DNA of 64,000 nucleotides from positions 94,268,866 to 94,332,865 of the forward strand of contig NC_068982.1 of NCBI RefSeq assembly GCF_001194135.2, in the 5' to 3' direction. Below the pieces are notes generated by a model that saw only the letters and a list, made by a program, of their open reading frames with translations, searched no databases and had not been told where the DNA came from. The translations under genes and the position numbers were made by a program. Positions 56,960 to 64,000 of this stretch are shown one piece after another; the stretch's first letter is position 1; each line of letters opens with the position of its first letter. Source of the stretch: Octopus bimaculoides. Taxonomy: Eukaryota.

Positions 56960-59590
56960 TAAATAATATGTGACAACTATTCGGTAGCCATGATAAAACT
57001 CCGAGTTTCGGATGCAAGGGCGGAAACCCATACGTCGCTTCAGTTATCTTACCATCGAATAATGCTATGAAAATGACCGTTAAACAAACGGAGAGTACTG
57101 TGTGGTTGAACGTTATTAAGACAAAAGAGCTATTTGAATGACCGCTAAGTGAGGGGAGGGAGTAAAGGTAAGGGAGTAAAATCTTCAGAGTATTCGCGTA
57201 AGCGCACCAGTCTATACATACGCATGCGCGCCCGCACACCCACGTATATGCGCCTATATATATAAATACTCATCCACCCTCACTTGAAACACACACATGC
57301 TCACCCACACATTCGCCAAAAAAAAATATATATACCCGCATACACGCTCACACACACCCACACGCAAGCAACACGCTCGCACACTTACACACGCGCGCAA
57401 AAAGGTTCATACACACGTCTATATACGCACATGCCCACGAAACAACAGGGTTAAAGGCAAAATACAGAAAAAAGTGTGAAAAGTGTAAAAGAGCCATAAG
57501 GGTAAAGCACGTCTATATGTGCACGCACAGGAAAAAGCTGGATGGAAGGTAAAATACAGAAAAACTATGTGTAGAAAACATAACAAAAACGTAACGAATA
57601 TTTATCCACATGTGGACATTATCCGAAAAGTTCAGTTCTTAAATTTAGGCATGTGGCGGCGTCTAAGCTGCCTTTCCAGATGAGCCATCTTTCCATATCA
57701 CAAAGACTGCACTTTCCCCTACCTTTGGTGTAGGGTTTACACTTGGCTAAAATCTTCCAATGGATGTTGTAACTGCCACCTTTATCTTTTAAGGACTGGA
57801 TAATTTGTCCTGGATATATGACTGGATAATTTGGTCATTTTCTTTTTATCCCAGTGCCTGAAGCTCAAGGTGTGATTGTTGAATCTATCATTGAAATTAC
57901 CCTCTGTAAGGCCTACGTATTTCTTCGTCGAAACCGTGTCCTTAGTGGATATAGAGCCCACAGTGGTTTCATAAATGATTGTCTCGGACATGCAAGCTCC
58001 ATTTATCGGGCACAAATGTTTATCCCTGCATGAACAGCTAGTTTCATTTTGTGGTTTTTGTGTGATGTGTGCGATTAAAAATTAGTAGTTGAGCTGTAGC
58101 TGATTTTTAAGTTATGCCTATTGAAGAGTTTTCTATAACTATGGTTGACTGTAAAATGTCTATCTAACAGTGGTAAGAAATACTTGCCTATACTAAAGGT
58201 CATTGCTGGTGAGTTGGGGGTGTGTGAACCAAATAGTTTTCCTATTTCTGTTTTCTTTTCTTTATTACTGGACCGGTGGCAGGTGTATAGGTTATTTCCT
58301 CGCTAAAACCACTATCTTTTAGAGCCTTATTATATACCGGGGCAAATATATTAAAAATGTCCCTATCGGAGGAGAGGCATGAAATTCTTTTGCTAATGTT
58401 TTTAATTAAATCTTTAAACACTATGGGAGGATGGCAGGAACCCACATTGATATAACAAAGTCTATCGTTGGGCTTCCTATAAGGTTTATGAATGTTCTTA
58501 TTTAGATCTAAGGATACATCTAGGCAATTGACAACCGTAGGGTTGGTATCTTTAGTTATGCCAAAGCTGAAAGTTTTCATCAAATAGATAATATCCTTCC
58601 TAAAACGGTACTGTGCTGGTCCATTGGTATTTGCGGTTAAAGCTCGGACATCATCTTTGTAAATTGCGAAGTATACGTCTTGCCCAACGTATCGAGTAGG
58701 AATAGTCCAATAAGATCGCATATGCCTGCTCCATCATATGACCCCATGCTCACATAGGACCTGCTTTCTATATTGTGTCTATGTACACGCTTTTTATCTC
58801 TCTATACTTTTTACTTATATTTCTTATATATTTTTTCTATTTTTTCTATACATATTTATAGAGATATTGCTATATATATATTTTTACACGTAGTTCTTCT
58901 GTATTCTACCTTCTATCCTGCTATTTTCCTGTGCGTATATAGACGTGTGTATGAACCTTTTTGCGTGCGTGTGTATGTGTGCGAGCGTGTTGCATGCGTG
59001 TGTGTGTGAGCGTGTATGCGGGTATATATATATCATTTTTTTGGCGAATGTGTGGGTGAGCATGTGTGTTTCAAGTGAGGGTGGATGAGTATATATATNN
59101 NNNNNNNNNNNNNNNNNNNNNNNNNNNNNNNNNNNNNNNNNNNNNNNNNNNNNNNNNNNNNNNNNNNNNNNNNNNNNNNNNNNNNNNNNNNNNNNNNNNN
59201 NNNNNNNNNNNNNNNNNNNNNNNNNNNNNNNNNNNNNNNNNNNNNNNNNNNNNNNNNNNNNNNNNNNNNNNNNNNNNNNNNNNNNNNNNNNNNNNNNNNN
59301 NNNNNNNNNNNNNNNNNNNNNNNNNNNNNNNNNNNNNNNNNNNNNNNNNNNNNNNNNNNNNNNNNNNNNNNNNNNNNNNNNNNNNNNNNNNNNNNNNNNN
59401 NNNNNNNNNNNNNNNNNNNNNNNNNNNNNNNNNNNNNNNNNNNNNNNNNNNNNNNNNNNNNNNNNNNNNNNNNNNNNNNNNNNNNNNNNNNNNNNNNNNN
59501 NNNNNNNNNNNNNNNNNNNNNNNNNNNNNNNNNNNNNNNNNNNNNNNNNNNNNNNNNNNNNNNNNNNNNNNTTGTCACATATTATATTAC
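56960..59590 (-). mobile_element. Penelope-like element (RT C-half plus GIY-YIG endonuclease) with inverted terminal arms
   Basis: IYKDD...VVNCLDVSLDL...KPYRKPND..YIN..SCHPP (58242-58721). CSCRDKHLCPINGAC...IIY...KYVGLTEGNFNDRFNNH (57782-58050). 57259-57580 is the reverse complement of ~58875-59098. Confidence 0.88.
56983..57053 (-). ncRNA. Degenerate type-I hammerhead ribozyme in the Penelope terminal repeat
   Basis: Minus strand: GGUA-A-GAUAA CUGAAGC [GACGUAUGGG UUUCCG CCCUUGCAUCC] GAA ACUC-G-GAGU U UUAUC-AUGGC-UACC. Stems I, II and III and the core are in the correct order. A9 is altered and the cleavage triplet is GUU. Confidence 0.65.
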
Positions 59591-59656
59591 AAATAAATTC
59601 CTCTATTTACATAATTTCGAGGTCTCTTTTATTCTTTTGTTGTCTTACCATTACTA

Positions 59657-59695
<39 letters not shown>

Positions 59696-60994
59696 CTTTT
59701 TTTTAAATTTCTGTATAACGTCATAATCTTAATTTCACTGTAATCTATCTTTTGGTCATTGTCTCTATTCTGAAACTGATGGCTATTGAGTTATTTAAAA
59801 TTTTTAGGACCGCTTGTGACACTATAGAAGCGTAACTTTGCGTATTAATTAATTGCTTGGTTTTCAAAGAAAGGTGAATCTTAGTTCAGCTTTGATCTCC
59901 ATATTTTGTTCGTTATTTCTTCACGAGAAAGGTTATTGTTCTCATTTAGAAGCAATTATTCCCCCACATCTATGTGTGTTGTTTTATGATGACTAGTTTT
60001 TCTACAATGCTTTTCTTTTTTTCTATGTACATTTTCGTTGAGTGTTTGAAATTTATCATCAGTATATCTTCATTGCACGTTGAACATCTTGTACCACACT
60101 GATCACCCTCTATTACGTTACAAAAGTCATTACCATCTATGAGTAAACGTATTATCAAATACTTGTTATTGTGACTCTTGTGGTTTTCTCCTTTCGTTTA
60201 TGTATTGAGGAACTAATGTACAATCTGATAATTTCAGCTTGTGTTTTGGTTGCGTCTTCAGTTTTAATGATACAGTCGATAATACCATAGCTTTTGTATT
60301 CTTCAATTGAAATAATTTCTTCCGTTATATCCTGAAAGATTTGTACAACCTAATATGAGGAAAATGTCAGTCTGCTGCCTAATTTTGTTAGCAGAAATGA
60401 ATAATACTTTTCTTCGTTCTCACATGGATTATCAACTGTGGCAAAAAAATACTTATAGTTTTTACAAAATTCTCCTATCTCCTTTTTTCCCTTTTAACTG
60501 CGTGATAGGTCTAAAAGATACTATCATTTAAGTTTGTATTACAGGAAAGTTTGTTTTCATATTGATACTATATGAACGGATCGCTGTATTTATATCTCTA
60601 AAGAGTTGTTAGTGCTATTTTTGTTGTTATTATCGTTGCTTTCCAAATAACTTACGTGAGTCTTTGAGACATTTGGAACACTTCAATTATTTGTTCTCTA
60701 CTCTGTTCATTTTCTTCATCTTCTGGAACGTTTAGTCGTGTGTTTGATTTTGTGTTGATTGTAGCTACTGGATAATTATTTGTCACTTTGGATATGAAAC
60801 TGTAGTCTGTTTGAATATAATTTTAAAAGTTAGGAAAACAAAATTCTTTTGCTTCTGTTACCATCCCTAAATATCGAAGGAAGCTTCTCTTTCAGCAAAT
60901 ACCTAGTAGTAAATTTCTTTAGTATGGCTTAAATAAAATGAGATTTGAAGAGAAAAGCAAAACGATGGTTTCTCATTTCTAGAGCAGAATATAT

Positions 60995-61690
60995 TATTAT
61001 TATGCCAGTACTTACTAATTTAGTTAGCATGTATTTTATCTTGATGTTTGGTGACAACAAGTTTCCCCAGGTCTCAAGAATCTTCTATAGGATTCTTTCA
61101 GAATATAGGATAGTACTTTACAGGTCGATAGTGAAAGTTTGAAATTCAATCTTTTTCAGTCTTTTAGATAGCCTTTTGGGTGTTGTGTCAAGAGCACCAA
61201 TTACTACAGGAATAATTGTTGTCTTGGTCTTCAAGAGTCTCCTCAGGACTCTGGCTAGATCCTGATAATCATCAAACCTATGATATTACACTGTTTATGT
61301 TATCCTTTGTGATCATATCTAACCTTCTTGCTTCAATAATATCGTGAGTATATATGGAGAAATCCTACAAGATTTTGTAATTCTAATTTTCTGTCATTGC
61401 CTCTGTTTCGTGTTAATATCACTTTTCTGTTGTTTTGAAGGGGCACACTCGGCTAACATTCCAATTCTCACTTTTGCCTACAGTCATATTTGCGTTTATA
61501 TTCCTTTTCGGCTAGTACGCTGAACTCACGAAAAGGGTGATTGATTTTTTTTCCTCTGCTTTCCTGCAGATTCTGTGTTTGCTGTCTGTCTGAGTTTTGT
61601 CAATCTTTGCCTTTATCAGGTTTGTTCTAAGGGCTTGTTCCTGAGCCGCAATAGTTAGAGATTTTCTCTCTCAGTTTATGTTCCCGTCCA
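60995..61690 (-). mobile_element. R4/Dong-like 3' portion
   Basis: LTIAAQEQALRTNLIKAKIDKTQTDSKHRIC and YQDLAR...TTIIPVVIGALD. attattatt flank at ~60986-60998. Confidence 0.8.
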
Positions 61691-61734
61691 TCATTCAGAG
61701 TCAATTGTTATTTTTATCATTCTCATCATTATTA

Positions 61735-64000
61735 TTCATTCGTAACACAGTGTCGGTCTTTAGTCATCTGTCAAGTCACAACAAGGACCTCAGACAGATA
61801 ATATTTTCCTTAAGATGTGCGCTGTGCCTAATAAGGCTCCTAAGGACATCAATCTTGCATGGGATTTACAGTTGCCTAAAGGAGTCTTGAAGTTTCAAGG
61901 GGATTGAGCGCAACTCTCCGATCACCACTGGTATCACTTTTAAATTACCCTCTCGCATTCCATGCAGTCTTGCTATTTTCACTTTGAATTCGGAGTGCTT
62001 GGTGATTTTTCAACCTCTTTACTCACAACATTCACGTCATTTGGTATAGCTACATCAATGATCTGACATAATTCGTCTCCCTTATTCAATATGACAATAT
62101 CCGGCTGACGTTGTTCAATTACATGATCCGTCTAGAAATCATAGTCCTAGGGTATCGTTACTTTTCCTTCCCCTGCATAACTTTACATTGTACATGCTCA
62201 TACCAGTTCTCTGTTAATTCAGATTGGTATTTACGGCATAAGAGTCAATGAAAGTACACATGTACTTTATCGTGGCGGCGCTTGTATTCTTTTGTGCAAC
62301 GCTTAGCAAGTGAGTCACATTACCCACACGTTATCCACACATCCACTTAGCAAGTCAGTCACATTATCCACACTCTTTCCACAGAGTCTGCATTTCTGGG
62401 TGTCAGAAGTTTTATAGATGTTATACTTCACTGAATTGGTAGCGAAAGACTGGTCTTGAGCAACAATTATCAGGCTTTCGGTAGTACGCTTCGAACCATC
62501 CCTCGCTCAAGCCATGCCTACGATGCTTTTTTATACTTAACGTCCTGCATATTCCTTTGAAACGGTCCATGCATTGTCATTTCAAGAAGGTCGTCTTTTC
62601 TCTTCTTCTCAGCTCTTTGGTTAAACTCTTCCTTGCCCATCATTTCAGTTGCATTTACACCCATATCTTTCGCGGCATATTGCTGCACGCTGTCATCACT
62701 ATTTATCAAATACTCGGCAAGCGTCTCCTTTTACTCTTTATACAATGGTCTATACTAATTAGTACTCTGCAACCATTCTTTGCATACACAGTCTGTTTTC
62801 GTTTGCTTTGGGTGTAGCACCCCGCACCCAATGCAGTGTCACCAACTTTCTCGTCCTTCTATCCAGTGTTGATATTTCCTCCTAAATCCATTCGAGGATG
62901 GACACACTATATCTGACCACCGCAACTGCCCAGATATTCATTGCGGTAATCAAATCTTTGGCATCCAGGTTGAATTTCAACACCATCATCACTCCTTTTT
63001 GATACGCCTCGCTGACCTTGACTTTCATTTCTCTGTGTAGAATGTCATCCAGCTCTAAAATCCCTAAATATCTATACCCACTGCCGTCTGGTTCACTCAC
63101 GGTTTCTCTTGATGGTAAGCGCAATCCTCTGCAGGATGCTGTCTTCTCTCTTTTCCTATTAAGTACTGAGCAATTGGTAATCCCAAATTCCGATGTCTCT
63201 ACCACACCTCTGGACTGTTTTGGTTAAGGAATCTATCTGTTTTTCAAATTTCCCAAACAATTTTAGGTAATCCATAAACAAATTTGGTCCAATGATGGAC
63301 TTTTCTTCCCAAATCGGTAACCCGTCTTAACTTTCCTAAGTGTCATTGTTATGGGTATTAGTGTAATTACAAATAATAACTGAGAAAACGAGTCACCTTG
63401 GAAGATACCCCTTTTAATATTAACTTCTCCAAGGAATAACATTCTTGAGTATAATTTTGCTTTCCACTCTTTCATGCTATACATCAGAAAATTTCTGATG
63501 TTGTCAGCAACACCAAACATCTGCAGCCATTCAACGATCCAATAATGAAGCATCATATGATGTGCCGCCTTAAAGTCAATCCAAGCCATAGACAAGTTTG
63601 CATGATGTTTTTTACAATGCCTCAGAATAGTTTTATCGATCATCATGTGATCCTTAGTACCCTGAGAACTTTTCCTACATTCTTTTTGTTCCCTTGGTAG
63701 AAATTCTTCCTGTGTCAGGAAAGTCTATGTCTTTGCCGCACATATTCCAGTGGGTATCTTCCAGATTATGTTTAGGCATGCTTTGGGACGGTAGTTTCCC
63801 ACAATATTCTCCATTCTTCTATCTTTCATTATAAGTGTTGTCCTCCCATTCACCATCCACGTGGTTACTGTATCTTTCTGGACACATTCATTCAATTGGG
63901 CTGCTAATCTGTCATGCACCGCGTGGCATCTCTTCAGCCAGAAGCCATGAATCTCATCTGGTCCGGGAGATTTCCAGTTAGGCACTTAACCCACTTGTTC
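61735..64000 (-). mobile_element. R4/Dong-like element (RT through RLE), runs off the window end
   Basis: PNWKSPGPDEIHGFWLK...[41 protein letters not shown] and IEQRQPDIV..IIDVAIP. Confidence 0.92.

Noticed and set aside
57560-58760. Selenocysteine-recoded Penelope ORF (reported for some Naiad elements)
   Set aside because: The Cys positions I could read use TGY codons. The interruptions I read are TAA/TAG stops and frameshifts consistent with decay.
59750-60900. Possible degraded LINE on the minus strand (RYLGM-like peptide near 60870)
   Set aside because: Only isolated short motifs were seen, too little to assign.

Overview
AT-rich eukaryotic (animal) genomic scaffold with many N gaps, most flanked by microsatellites. 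The SINE families look like those I recall from octopus (coleoid cephalopod) genomes; this is recognition from memory, not a search. The window is mostly decayed transposons. There are at least 13 pieces of R4/Dong-like RLE non-LTR retrotransposons, sitting in (AAT)n arrays. There are also Tx1/L1-clade LINE fragments, two Penelope-like (GIY-YIG) elements, three Helitron fragments, one mariner with both TIRs, and about 20 tRNA-derived SINE copies from 3-4 families. A minus-strand host gene of unknown function is represented by two large low-complexity exons (34200-34758, 7729-8724) and a weaker 117-bp exon candidate (28588-28704); their splice phases are all compatible (phase 1). The most notable observations are five. 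(1) A degenerate type-I hammerhead ribozyme lies in the terminal repeat of a Penelope element that has long inverted ends. (2) SINE (ATT)n tails appear to act as landing pads for TAA-targeting Dong elements. (3) A SINE has a 3' tail matching the end of the Tx1-like LINE at 34/35 nt. (4) A ~530-bp AAT-flanked repeat shares sequence with the region upstream of a Dong ORF. (5) The mariner carries an internal copy of its own left junction. No prokaryotic features, rRNA, real tRNA genes or CRISPR arrays were seen. Element boundaries are approximate (about +/-20 bp) unless a junction is quoted.
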